Shown here piece after piece: positions 30,450 to 40,399 of a DNA stretch of 64,000 nucleotides. Position numbers and translations under genes: made by a program. Origin of the DNA: Candidatus Bathyarchaeota archaeon (GTDB lineage Archaea > Thermoproteota > Bathyarchaeia > Bathyarchaeales > Bathycorpusculaceae); assembly GCA_963828195.1 (NCBI GenBank), contig CAWHDT010000005.1, positions 448,001 through 512,000 of the forward strand, given 5' to 3'. Each line of letters opens with the position of its first letter. Position 1 is the first letter of the stretch. The notes under the pieces are model-generated. The model did no database searches. It was not told where the DNA came from and worked only from the letters and a program-made list of their open reading frames with translations.

Positions 30450-31205
30450 CTCACATATGAAAAGGAATGAAATGCTGATTTTTTATGAGTCCTTGGCATT
30501 TTCTAGTTAAAAAAGAGTTTTTTCTGCATCTTAATTTTTAAGCTATCGCCCTTGCATAGATACGCACTATCCGCAAGTTTCGATGAAACAATCTATTTAT
30601 TTGCAACTTAACGGGATCATGGCAGGCACGAATAATTCAATAGTTTCTGCATCAGATCTTTTCGTTTGTTTTCTTTGCTGCAGTTGTTCTGCCAAATCTC
30701 GAGTTTGGTGATTTAGTAGAGAGCACATGGTTGTGATTTGGGGCTTTATCTTATTAGGGTTTATGAATTATTGATATACTAAAACCAACAGTCAAATCCT
30801 TGATTTAAACCCTAAACCAGAAAAACAACCGCAAACAAGCCCTGACCAAAAACCGCGCCTACCTATAGACCTACCTACTATTTGCGCCAAAAAACCAACA
30901 CAAATATGGAAGGCGGAAGAAGAAGAAGAAAAATTGTTTTCATCAGCTTCTTCTTCTTCTTTTGAAATATTGCCAAGAAGAACAACAGTTGCTCTCCGGG
31001 TGTTGTTGTTCTTTCAAAATTTAAAATCGGTAAAAAAATTCAGCCACAAAAAACATTAAGGCAAAAATAAGCCCATCAGAAAAGGGAGAGAAGAGAGCTA
31101 CTTACCGTTGAAATAACCATGTTAAAGGCGTAAGGGCTACTATTTTGGATTAAAGCGTCAGATAACTGCATTACAAATTAAGAAAAGGGATGTGGGGGAG
31201 GTTGT

Positions 31206-33431
31206 TTATTCTTTCTCGAAGTATTCTTCTGGTTTTGGCGGGGTTGGTGGTAGACCTCTGCGCTCGCGAATCTTCTTAATTGTATCAGCTTGCATCTGCT
31301 CTGGAACTGGTGCCCAGCGACTAAACTGTGTTGCCCAGAAAGCTCTACCCGAAGTTGAACCTCGCAATTCATCAGCGATGCCGAAGCTTTCGGAGACGGG
31401 CATTTCAGCTTTTACAGTGATCATGTCTTCTTCAGATGGCATGTCAAGGATTTTTCCTCGCCTTTTGTTAAGCATTGTGATGACTGCGCTGACGAATTCG
31501 CTTGGAACTTTACATTCGAAACTCATGAGTGGTTCAAGTATTTTTGGGTCGCTCAGCAGTATACAGCAGTATATTGGTCGCCAGGTCATTGGAATAGCTT
31601 GTGCTGGTCCACGGTGGACTGGGTCTTCATGCAGCACTATGTCTTCTAGGTTGATTTTCAAGCCGTAAGCTGGTTCTTTAGCTAATGGCGATGTATGGAC
31701 TGCTTCACGGAACCCACCTTTAATGTGGTCTAAAATTTCCTCGACATATTGTCTTCCATGAATGCGATTGACAAGGATGCAGTTTTCTTCTACAGCAACT
31801 GCGCCTTTTGCTTCGTCTGCTTCCCATCCTAAAGCCCGCAAGGTTTTCGTTCTCTCATCTTTGCTCTGCATATCACTAATTTTATCAGACTTTATAGCTT
31901 CAATCACTTCATCTGATAACTTCTCAATAGTTATCCAAAGTTTGTTATGTTTGTTGGGGCTTTTACCCATGATCGCTGGACCGCGGTAGTCATGACTGAT
32001 GGTTTCTCGGTAGATGACGATTGGCTTGCTAAGTTTTACTTTTAAGCCTGCTTCCTGCATACGGTAAGCTGTGATTTCAAGGTGGAGCTCACCCATGCCT
32101 GATAAGAGGAATTCGCCGCTTTCTTTATTCATGACGAAATGCAGGTTAGGGTCTTCCGTTGTAAGCTTATGCATGACTTTATCGAATAAAGGCAGGTCTT
32201 TGACGTCTTCAGGCTCGACAGCTACGGTTACAACCGGGTCAGAAACGTATCTTAAGCCCTCAAACGAATGTACATCTGCACCTTCTTCAGCAACAGTTTC
32301 GCCTACATGTATTGATGGTAAACCTGAGATTGCTCCAATGTTACCTGCTGGAACACGGTCAATAAGAACACGGTCAGTTGCCATACTCATGAAAACCTGT
32401 TGAATAGTGCCTTTCTGGTTACTGCTTAACAGTTGGACAGTTTTTCCTCGCTCAACTGAGCCGCTGAAAATTCTGCCAATCGCAACAGTTCCGCTATGTG
32501 GATCAACTTCAATGGTTGATATGCACATTAGCAAAGGAGCTTTAGGATCAACTTTTGCCATTCCTTGACCTGTCGGACTGTCAACGTCTCCTGGCCAAAT
32601 CTGTGGCTGTCTATACGGTTGTGCTTCGTAGGGATTAGGTAAGTGTTTGCAGAACATATCCAAAATCGGTTCTGGCAGCGGCGCTTTTTTACTTAATTCA
32701 TCAACTTTTCTTCCAACTTCTATTGGATCGCCAGTGTATGCGTCGATAATGTCTTGGAAAGTGACTTTCTTTAATTTCATATGATCAAGATTTAAACCCC
32801 ATTTGTGCAGTGCAGAGCCGAACGCAACGCGGCTATCTTCTATTTTGACTTGCCAGTCTTGTTTGTGCTCTTTAGGCGCATACCGCTCAATTAAAGTGTT
32901 TATTCTCAAGAGAATCTTAGCAAATTTCTTTTGGATCTCTTGAGGTGTAAGTTTGATTTCTTTTATTAACCGATCAACTTTATTGATGAATAGAATTGGT
33001 TTAACACGTTCTCGAAGGGCCTGCATCAAAACGGTTTCTGTTTGAGTCATGGGTCCTTCCACAGCATCTACAACCACAAGTGCACCGTCGACTGCTCTGA
33101 GACTTCTTGTTACAGCACCGGAAAAGTCAATGTGTCCGGGTGTGTCGATGAGGTTTATGAGGTAATCTTGATTATTGTATGTGTGGACTAAGCTGACGTT
33201 TGAGGCGAAAACGGTCATTTGACGTTTCTGCTCAAGATCCCATGAGTCGAGGAAAAGTTTTTGCCCAGCAGTTTGGGTGCTTATTATTCCTGCGGCTGCA
33301 AGTAAACTGTCGGCAAGTGTGGTTTTTCCGTGGTCCACATGTGCGATGATGCTGGTGTTCCTGATGAACATTGGAGTTTCCATCAACTTCACAATTTCGT
33401 CTGTTTGCCTATAACGCGCCATACTACTCAA
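31206..33431 (-). CDS. fusA: Archaeal elongation factor 2 family GTPase (stand-alone, possibly the aEF-2 paralog)
   Basis: AHVDHGKTT, DTPGH, NKVD, GMGELHL, KSPNKHN, HEDPVHRG. Confidence 0.9.
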   Translation of the reverse strand: MSSMARYRQTDEIVKLMETPMFIRNTSIIAHVDHGKTTLADSLLAAAGIISTQTAGQKLFLDSWDLEQKRQMTVFASNVSLVHTYNNQDYLINLIDTPGHIDFSGAVTRSLRAVDGALVVVDAVEGPMTQTETVLMQALRERVKPILFINKVDRLIKEIKLTPQEIQKKFAKILLRINTLIERYAPKEHKQDWQVKIEDSRVAFGSALHKWGLNLDHMKLKKVTFQDIIDAYTGDPIEVGRKVDELSKKAPLPEPILDMFCKHLPNPYEAQPYRQPQIWPGDVDSPTGQGMAKVDPKAPLLMCISTIEVDPHSGTVAIGRIFSGSVERGKTVQLLSSNQKGTIQQVFMSMATDRVLIDRVPAGNIGAISGLPSIHVGETVAEEGADVHSFEGLRYVSDPVVTVAVEPEDVKDLPLFDKVMHKLTTEDPNLHFVMNKESGEFLLSGMGELHLEITAYRMQEAGLKVKLSKPIVIYRETISHDYRGPAIMGKSPNKHNKLWITIEKLSDEVIEAIKSDKISDMQSKDERTKTLRALGWEADEAKGAVAVEENCILVNRIHGRQYVEEILDHIKGGFREAVHTSPLAKEPAYGLKINLEDIVLHEDPVHRGPAQAIPMTWRPIYCCILLSDPKILEPLMSFECKVPSEFVSAVITMLNKRRGKILDMPSEEDMITVKAEMPVSESFGIADELRGSTSGRAFWATQFSRWAPVPEQMQADTIKKIRERRGLPPTPPKPEEYFEKE

Positions 33432-33640
33432 TCTCCATTTTCATGATGTTGGTAACTTTCAATGTATGTTTTTTAATTATATCTGGCATTTAGTGAACAC
33501 TCAAATGTGATAAACTACATGGAAAGCGAATTTGTAGCCTATTAACCTTATGGCAAACTTTCACAGAACCTTTCGGAAAAAAACAGGTGTGAATCGGGCT
33601 TTTTCGGGGTTTTTTCAAGGTTGATTTTTGCGCGAATTTT

Positions 33641-33771
33641 TAAGTTGCGACTTTTGCCCTGTGAAAGTTGCGACTTTCCGCTCTGGGTCTTTGCGTTTTG
33701 GGTTGCTTTTTTGGTTTGGGGTTTGAAGGGCTTGGCGAGCTGCGACTTTGGGATGGGCGGAATGCGACTTT
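33641..33771. repeat. Dispersed repeat copy 1 (four TGCGACTTT motifs)
   Basis: Motifs at 33646, 33669, 33741, 33763; aligns with 50824-50954. Confidence 0.85.
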
Positions 33772-33931
33772 GAATGTTGACTCTATGTAGGCGACATTGT
33801 CGGATATGGGCGAATTCTCAGCAGCAACCCAGAACCCAAACGTCACAGCTAAAACACCCAACAAACCTGCAGAGGCTTCATCGGAAAACTTGAGCACTCA
33901 GTGCGGATTTAGATTCACACTATAGAATGCA

Positions 33932-33979
33932 CAGCCTCCTAAGTTGGGGTCAAGGGTTCAAATCCCGCCTTGCCCGCCA
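33932..33979 (+). other. Orphan tRNA-Arg(CCT) 3' portion (anticodon loop to CCA)
   Basis: CAGCCTCCTAAGTTGG...GGGTTCAAATCCC...GCCCGCCA without a 5' acceptor or D arm. Confidence 0.7.
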
Positions 33980-34152
33980 AGAGCCAATTTAGGCAATTTC
34001 AGCCAATTATGCGGCCTTCAAGTCCTCAACGAAATACTAAGAGCATCCATAATGTTTCCTGGCAACTATTTCTTCAACGTAATAATCCTTAACAAATCTA
34101 GGCTTAAATACCCGAAAATGACATTCCATAAACAACAGAAGATGAAGACCGG

Positions 34153-35019
34153 GTGCCTGCTTTAGAACTGAATAATATTTCTTCAGGTTATAATAAGCAG
34201 TTAGTGTTGCATGATATTAGCTTTAAACTGCAAGAGCCATCAATCTACGTTGTTTTAGGGCCAAACGGCGTGGGCAAGACAACTTTGTTTAGGACAATCG
34301 CGGGTATTCTGGAGCCATTTAGCGGCAATATTCTCCTTGACGGACAAAACCTAACTAGCTCACGTGAAGCCCGAAAAAAGCTGAGTTTCTTCTCCCAGAA
34401 CGCAATGCCTGAAGAGATGACAGTGTACCAGGCACTCAAGTTCTATTCCAACATGGAGGGCGGAGACCCAGACAAGGCAATTGAATTGCTCGACCTCGGC
34501 GAACTGAGGGATAAACGATTTTCAGATCTTTCTCAGGGACAAAAGAAGAGGGCGTCACTAGCGAAAGTGTTTTTGTGCGAAAGAGACCTCTACCTATTAG
34601 ATGAACCCACGGCAAATCTGGACCCCGTAGTTTCAAAAGAAATTCGTGATATTATATTAAAGCTAAGCAAGGACAAAATGATTCTGTACTCATCCCATAA
34701 TCTTTATGAAGCCACCGACATCGGCACTTACCTGATCCTAATCAAAAATGGCTCAGTTTCAACGTTTGATAAAATCTCAAACATCAAACCCAAGAATTAC
34801 CGTGTAGGCATCAAAACCCAAACGGACATAACAAAAATTGTCGATGCCAAACGCGAGGGCGACTACTACGTCTTAAGCGTATCCAGCCCTCAAGAAGCAG
34901 GACTTACCCTCAAAAAACTCGTTGAAAAAGGCGTCTTAGTTACCGAAATGCGCCAATTAGATAATCCATTGCAGGAACTATTTGAAACACCCAGCACTCA
35001 AAACACAGTGAGGGCATGA
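34153..35019 (+). CDS. ABC-2 type exporter ATP-binding subunit
   Basis: GPNGVGKT, LSQGQ, LLDEP, SSH. Confidence 0.9.
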   Translation: MPALELNNISSGYNKQLVLHDISFKLQEPSIYVVLGPNGVGKTTLFRTIAGILEPFSGNILLDGQNLTSSREARKKLSFFSQNAMPEEMTVYQALKFYSNMEGGDPDKAIELLDLGELRDKRFSDLSQGQKKRASLAKVFLCERDLYLLDEPTANLDPVVSKEIRDIILKLSKDKMILYSSHNLYEATDIGTYLILIKNGSVSTFDKISNIKPKNYRVGIKTQTDITKIVDAKREGDYYVLSVSSPQEAGLTLKKLVEKGVLVTEMRQLDNPLQELFETPSTQNTVRA

Positions 35020-35022
35020 GAA

Positions 35023-35704
35023 ATGAACAATACGTTGGTTTTTGTAAAGCGTAGCCTCAACCTAAGTAAAATACTGGCGGGGGTGGGAGTGGGTCTTGCA
35101 GGCCTCGGGATCTTTGTGATATTTACCCTATCTCTTCTCGTGGGAAGTTCAAGTGCGGCGGTCTTTGTCCTTCCGGTCTCATTTATGTCTCTTGCGCTTC
35201 TAATTTTTGCAACCCCGGTTACACTTCTTTACGTTTATGATAAGAACAACGGTGTGTTGGAGTATTTGCTTTCTCTCGGGTGGAATCAAAGCGATATCTT
35301 CAAGCAATACCTGAAAGCCGCTCTCCTCCTTGCACTAATCCTCTTCACAGGCGAAGCCGCCGCGATTCTGATTGCAGGTGCCATTGCGGGGTTAATGGCG
35401 GTCTTTGCTTTGGATTTGTTGATGATGTTTCTAACGGCATTTATGGGTTTTTCAGTGGTTTCGTTGGTTACTGTGGCAATGATGGCTTTTAGCACGTTAC
35501 AGAAGCAACGAGTGGGCGCTAACACTCCTCTCGGCATGGCGATTGGCGTCCCGTTCATATTTCCCACCTTTTACCTTTCTTTCCCTCGGATTCAGCCCAG
35601 AACTGATAATTTACCTATTGCTTTGCACTTTAGCCGCTGCCCTGTCAGTTGCGTTGCTGCTTCTCTCAAGCAGGCTTATTAGAAGAGAAAAAATGCTACC
35701 CTGA
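35023..35704 (+). CDS. ABC-2 permease, frameshifted near 35584
   Basis: Multi-TM with DKNNGVLEYLLSLG; removing one C continues as LGFSPELIIYLLLCTL...IRREKMLP* ending 35704. Confidence 0.7.
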
Positions 35705-35789
35705 AAAGTTACTATTGAATTTCTTGCGCTTCACCAACTATGACGGTAAATATTCTGGCCACTTAGCGCATACCTACCCGAGGGTTAAG

Positions 35790-35818
35790 CGAGGGTTCAT
35801 AGCTATCCCCGCCCGCCA
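35790..35818 (+). other. Degenerate tRNA-Arg T-arm/acceptor remnant
   Basis: CGAGGGTTCA...TCCCCGCCCGCCA matches the end of 36741-36789. Confidence 0.45.
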
Positions 35819-35860
35819 TTGCCTTTTCGGCTGCTTTCCTTTTGTAAAAGCGCTTAGAGT

Positions 35861-36352
35861 TCATTTAATGATGGAATTGAGGTAACTATGGTATTCTTTA
35901 ACGGCATCATCCGGAAAAGGGGTGACTACTACGATTTCTTTAACTTTGGCAAGTTCCCTGTCCAGCGAGTAGACAACGGTTGTACCTAGGCTTCTAGCAA
36001 GCGAAATCAGGTATCCGTCCCAAGATTCTACGTCATACGTCGAGGCGTAATCTAGAGCGTCTGTAGCCAGATGTGTCGAAATATGAGGATAAAGAGCGGC
36101 TGATCCAGATGTGAGGATTCCCTCCATTATCTTCTTGGCGGTTAATCTTGGAACTCTTAAGTATCGAGTAGTTATGTGGTAAGCTCCCAGAATGGAGGAA
36201 ACTGGAATTACCGCTCTCCTTTTTTCCTTTAATGCTTCTGAAAGAAAGGTTATGCTGTAATCTTTGAGAGGGTTCTCGAAACAGCAGGGAACCACAACGC
36301 CAATATCGACGACGCCTTCAGGACAAGCCAAGCTTTCTTCTCGCGTATTCAC
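35861..36352 (-). CDS. PIN-domain (VapC-like) toxin
   Basis: VVDIG, ESWDGYL, YSLDREL; true start probably near 36330. Confidence 0.75.
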   Translation of the reverse strand: MNTREESLACPEGVVDIGVVVPCCFENPLKDYSITFLSEALKEKRRAVIPVSSILGAYHITTRYLRVPRLTAKKIMEGILTSGSAALYPHISTHLATDALDYASTYDVESWDGYLISLARSLGTTVVYSLDRELAKVKEIVVVTPFPDDAVKEYHSYLNSIIK

Positions 36353-36593
36353 GGCTCATCCACTTCCAGCTTTCTGTAGACTGTTCAGTGAAAGCTTGTG
36401 CTTTAAAATTCCTTGAAAGGTTCTCCCAATCTTGCACTTTTTTTTCTACATCTTTTTTCAGTGGTTCAAGTATGACTCGTTGGCCATCGATTCGCAGTGT
36501 TATTTGTCCCCCTTGCTTAATTCCAAAAGTTTCTCTTACTCGGGCAGGCAACACCATCCTTCCCTGTTCAGCCACTTTTATGGCATTTTCCAT
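36318..36593 (-). CDS. AbrB/MazE/SpoVT antitoxin
   Basis: EQGRMVLPARVRETFGIKQG. Confidence 0.85.
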   Translation of the reverse strand: MENAIKVAEQGRMVLPARVRETFGIKQGGQITLRIDGQRVILEPLKKDVEKKVQDWENLSRNFKAQAFTEQSTESWKWMSREYARRKLGLS

Positions 36594-36740
36594 CTTTACC
36601 ACCACAAACAATATCTTTCCTCAGGGCTATAAACTTTTTAACTCAGCAGTAACACCTTTTGGTTACTACATAGTCATTGCCGAATCGCTGTCATTTGATA
36701 TGGTAACGATATTGTTCGGCTTTTGAGATTAAATTGCATT

Positions 36741-36789
36741 CAGCCTTCTAAGTTGGGGGTCGAGGGTTCAAATCCCTCCCCGCCCGCCA
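36741..36789 (+). other. Orphan tRNA-Arg(TCT) 3' portion (anticodon loop to CCA)
   Basis: CAGCCTTCTAAGTTGG-GGGTC-GAGGG TTCAAAT CCCTC-CCCGCCC-G-CCA; no 5' half adjacent. Confidence 0.75.
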
Positions 36790-36913
36790 CGAATACACCA
36801 CGCCCAGTGAGAGGGTTTTACATGCGTTTTCTGGAAGAGTAGATTTTTCTATGAAATGCCTCTGTTAATCCTTCATCTTTTTATAGTTATGTGTCGAGTA
36901 GAACGCGATACTC

Positions 36914-38938
36914 TTGTCTGTTAAGTTCAAAGCCAATAGCGAGGGTCAACAACCCGATTCATTAATTTTCAATTCTAATGATAATATTTGTGAAAAATGC
37001 ACTCCGAATAAAGCTGTCGAATCATTCACAAAAAAAAGTGACACACCCAAAACGCAGCCGCCCCCCGCAAAAAACGTTGAGAAGAAAATGCGGAAAAGGC
37101 GCTTGTCCGAATTATCAAATGCAGGTTCGACCCAAAGTTTTGAGCTTGAAGAGGATACAACAAATGGAAAAGTTACGCACAAGTATTTTTGCAGTTTTTC
37201 CGATCCTTACGACATAAAACGACTAATTGAAACTAAGTCATTTTCAAATTTTGAAAGTTTCAGGCTGCATTTGGAAGCCCGCGAAATGAAGCGCTCCGCC
37301 CAAATTGATAGATTAATTTCTGCGGACTCTCTGCGAGCGAAAATAGTGCCATACAGTTTTCAGATGCAAATTGCTCTTCAAGTGATAAACGAAATGAAGG
37401 GAAACGCTATACTTGCTGATGAAGTTGGCCTCGGCAAAACAATCGAGGCTGGCCTTATCATGAAAGAACTGATTTTAAGAGATGAAATAAACTCAATTCT
37501 AATTGTAGCTCCTAAAAGTCTGTTGTCGCAGTGGAAAACTGAAATGACTGAGAAATTTGGGGAAAACTTCTCTATAGCCAATAACCATAAAGTGGATCTG
37601 TGTACCGCCAAGAGAATAATTTGTTCACATAACCTTATTGCAAGGAAATATGATGAGTTTGCAAGTAGAACTTGGGATTTAATTGTAGTAGATGAAGCTC
37701 ACGCTTTTAGAAATCCTCACAGTAAGGGACGAAGCTGCTTGGCGGGGCTTAGCAAAAATCATTTCTTGCTTCTTACCGCCACACCCTTATGCAATAAACT
37801 AACCGACTTGTACAGCATTGTGGATTTAATTCAACCAGGCATCTTTGATAGTGAACGCTTGTTCGTTTCTCGATTTGCTGAAGACTCAAAGAGCCGGGTG
37901 GTAAAGCCGGAGGGAGCATTGCAGTTAAGGCAAATACTTCAAAATGTCATGTGCCGCACTCGAAGAGAACAAACCGGCATGTCGTTCACAAAACGATACG
38001 TTGACTCCAGAACACTCGAGGCCGACGAAAGAGAACGCGAATTCATTGACAAAGCCACCGAATACCTAAGAGACATTTACAAAAATAATTTCAAAACAAT
38101 TGAAACCTTAATGAGGGAAAATCCAACCAGAAAAATAACCGATTCCCAAAGCAAAGCAATCCTAGTCTTTCAGGCAATTGCTCTTCAGCAGTCATTTTCA
38201 AGTTCCCCCGAAGCCTCAATCGAATCATTACTAAGGAGACAGCAGCGCTTCCCTTCAGAAATCCAAGCTACAAATAAACTGATTGAAATTGCAAAACAGG
38301 CCAAAAGCTCAAAAATTAAACTCCTAAAACAGGTCCTCAATGAAATCCCAAATGAGCAAGCGCTAATATTTTGTCTAAGGAGAATTACAGCTCACAAGCT
38401 TAAAGAAATGCTATATCAGGAATTCGGCAGAGCCGCCGTCTTTTTAGGTGATATGAGCCAATGCGAAAGAGACAGCGTGATTTCATCATTCAAAAAAGGC
38501 GAAGTCAAATACCTCATCGCCACTGACTCTGCAGCAGAAGGATTGAACCTTCAGAATTGCTGTGTAATGTTCAATTATGATTTGCATTGGAACCCCATGA
38601 AAATCGAGCAGAGAATCGGGCGAATCCACAGATACAAACAGGACCGCGACGTCACTGTCTTCAACCTGAGCATAAAAGACACCATCGACGACTATGTCCT
38701 TCATATTCTATACCAAAAAATCGACTTATTCACCATGACTATCGGCAAAATGGAAACTGTTTTAGCTGAATTGAAAGAAGGGTCGCAGGACATTCAAAAA
38801 ACAATCATGGCCATTTTACTAAGAAGCAATTCCCACATTGACATTAGACGAGACCTCGAAAAACTTGCTGCCGACTTGAGCGTTTCGCGGAAAAATCAAG
38901 AGTTAGCAGAAAAATTTTCGCAAGGCGTTCTTGATTGA
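36914..38938 (+). CDS. SNF2-family helicase/translocase (YqhH-like)
   Basis: ILADEVGLGKTIEA, DEAH, TATP, AEGLNLQ, DLHWNP, EQRIGRIHR. Confidence 0.92.
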   Translation: MSVKFKANSEGQQPDSLIFNSNDNICEKCTPNKAVESFTKKSDTPKTQPPPAKNVEKKMRKRRLSELSNAGSTQSFELEEDTTNGKVTHKYFCSFSDPYDIKRLIETKSFSNFESFRLHLEAREMKRSAQIDRLISADSLRAKIVPYSFQMQIALQVINEMKGNAILADEVGLGKTIEAGLIMKELILRDEINSILIVAPKSLLSQWKTEMTEKFGENFSIANNHKVDLCTAKRIICSHNLIARKYDEFASRTWDLIVVDEAHAFRNPHSKGRSCLAGLSKNHFLLLTATPLCNKLTDLYSIVDLIQPGIFDSERLFVSRFAEDSKSRVVKPEGALQLRQILQNVMCRTRREQTGMSFTKRYVDSRTLEADEREREFIDKATEYLRDIYKNNFKTIETLMRENPTRKITDSQSKAILVFQAIALQQSFSSSPEASIESLLRRQQRFPSEIQATNKLIEIAKQAKSSKIKLLKQVLNEIPNEQALIFCLRRITAHKLKEMLYQEFGRAAVFLGDMSQCERDSVISSFKKGEVKYLIATDSAAEGLNLQNCCVMFNYDLHWNPMKIEQRIGRIHRYKQDRDVTVFNLSIKDTIDDYVLHILYQKIDLFTMTIGKMETVLAELKEGSQDIQKTIMAILLRSNSHIDIRRDLEKLAADLSVSRKNQELAEKFSQGVLD

Positions 38939-40398
38939 GCACGGAATATTCGAACTCAAAGATTCGTACATTTATTGGATCGTTCGTTAAATCCAAAAAT
39001 GGAGAGTTAACTGAGCAGTCAAACGAAGTTTTTAGAGTAAAATACCCAAACCAAACAAGCAGCACAGAGTACACTTATGAGCCTTCAGTAGCACGAGAGA
39101 AAAAAATTCTTTTAATGGCGCCGGGAAGTCCAACGTTCCAGCACATTTTGGATGAATGTTTAGAAAACGGTGTTCTATGCCAAATTAAAGTAAACCCGAA
39201 AGGCGAATTGGAAACACTACTCAAAAACAACTTTAAAGATTCACCTTTTGATTGCCAAGATTGCCAAAAAGTGACAGCTGGCGATAAATCGTTTAGTGTT
39301 TGCGAGAAAACCCAACAGTGTTACCACCAAATAAACAATGGAAAAATCGTTTCAATAAAAGTTATTAAAAAAGAGCCAGCGAGATATTATCGACTTTATT
39401 TCTCCGCAGCATTCCGCAACAAATCGAGGCCAAGGAATGAAGAGTTGATTACATTTTTGATGGATGAAGCTGGAAATATTGTTGACGCTGAGGATTTTTA
39501 CGGAAAAAATATTTTGGATAATGAAGCGTTAGAGATTCAAGATTTTAAGGCGAAGCTTAACCCAGAGGTGTTTGATGAGTTAAAGTCTGTTGCAGACAAA
39601 AAAATGGCGGAAATTATAAAGGAAAAGTTGGTTCTCTTTGATTTACCTCTCAGTAAGGAGAAGGATGCTAAACTAAGAAGCTTCGATAAAAGACTTCGGC
39701 GGGAACGTCTTGAACAGGCAATTAATAGTAAATACGATTTTGACTCGCAGAAGTGGCAAGCTACCTACGAAGCGCTCATGAGAAAAGAAGAAGAATCACT
39801 AGCAACCTGCATAGACATAAAATTCATCAATCTGCTTGTAATCAACACAAATAAGGTTACCTTTGAAATAAGCCTTGATAACAACGCAACCGTACATTCA
39901 TCAATCATCTTAGGCATTAATCATACCGCGGAAGTTAACTGCCCAATCTGCCGAAATGATTTCTCTGAAGGTTATGCAACCGAAGATTCGTTCTACTGTT
40001 GCGGAAACTGCATTAGACAATCCATTGAGACAGGAAAAATTTATTCAAAAAAAGTGGCCCTAAAACTGGACGAAACATTGAATGAATATTTTGAGCAAGA
40101 CGAAGGTTTTGTCTGCTCAGTCTGCGGCAAGAGACACAGTCGCTTACTGGAATTCAAATGCAGCTATGACGATTCAAGCGTATGCATTTTTCATTATGAT
40201 TATTGCGATTTTTGTGGTGAAATTTTCTCAAAACTTAACTTAACTTCCACGCATGAATTCCAGCGAAAACTATGTCCAAAACACACCGTCAAATGTGAAA
40301 ACTGCAAAGCAGTTATTGGAGTTGACGAAGTCAAGGTTTGTCAAGTCACTGGCGAAAGACTTTGTGTCAACTGCATGGATAAGTCGAGGATGCATTAA
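38935..40398 (+). CDS. YqhG-like protein with coiled coil and multiple C-terminal Zn-finger motifs
   Basis: Overlaps the helicase stop; CQDC, CPIC, CCGNC, CSVC, CDFC, CPKH, CENC, CVNC. Confidence 0.7.
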   Translation: MSTEYSNSKIRTFIGSFVKSKNGELTEQSNEVFRVKYPNQTSSTEYTYEPSVAREKKILLMAPGSPTFQHILDECLENGVLCQIKVNPKGELETLLKNNFKDSPFDCQDCQKVTAGDKSFSVCEKTQQCYHQINNGKIVSIKVIKKEPARYYRLYFSAAFRNKSRPRNEELITFLMDEAGNIVDAEDFYGKNILDNEALEIQDFKAKLNPEVFDELKSVADKKMAEIIKEKLVLFDLPLSKEKDAKLRSFDKRLRRERLEQAINSKYDFDSQKWQATYEALMRKEEESLATCIDIKFINLLVINTNKVTFEISLDNNATVHSSIILGINHTAEVNCPICRNDFSEGYATEDSFYCCGNCIRQSIETGKIYSKKVALKLDETLNEYFEQDEGFVCSVCGKRHSRLLEFKCSYDDSSVCIFHYDYCDFCGEIFSKLNLTSTHEFQRKLCPKHTVKCENCKAVIGVDEVKVCQVTGERLCVNCMDKSRMH

Positions 40399-40399
40399 G

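Noticed and set aside
30906-30965. 19-aa ORF MEGGRRRRKIVFISFFFFF resembling a leader peptide
   Set aside because: Better explained as a by-product of the (GAA)n/(TTC)n inverted repeat; no downstream co-oriented operon
33641-33771. CRISPR array interpretation of the TGCGACTTT repeats
   Set aside because: Repeats are only 9-12 bp, spacing is uneven, spacers are shared between copies and no cas genes are present
33640-33897. 85-aa ORF here and 96-aa ORF at 50732-51022
   Set aside because: K/P/Q-rich translations of the G/T-skewed repeat; frames are not conserved between the two copies
40253-40399. N-terminal extension of the Mrr-like ORF
   Set aside because: Overlaps the upstream Zn-finger gene; ATG at 40400 directly after its stop is more plausible
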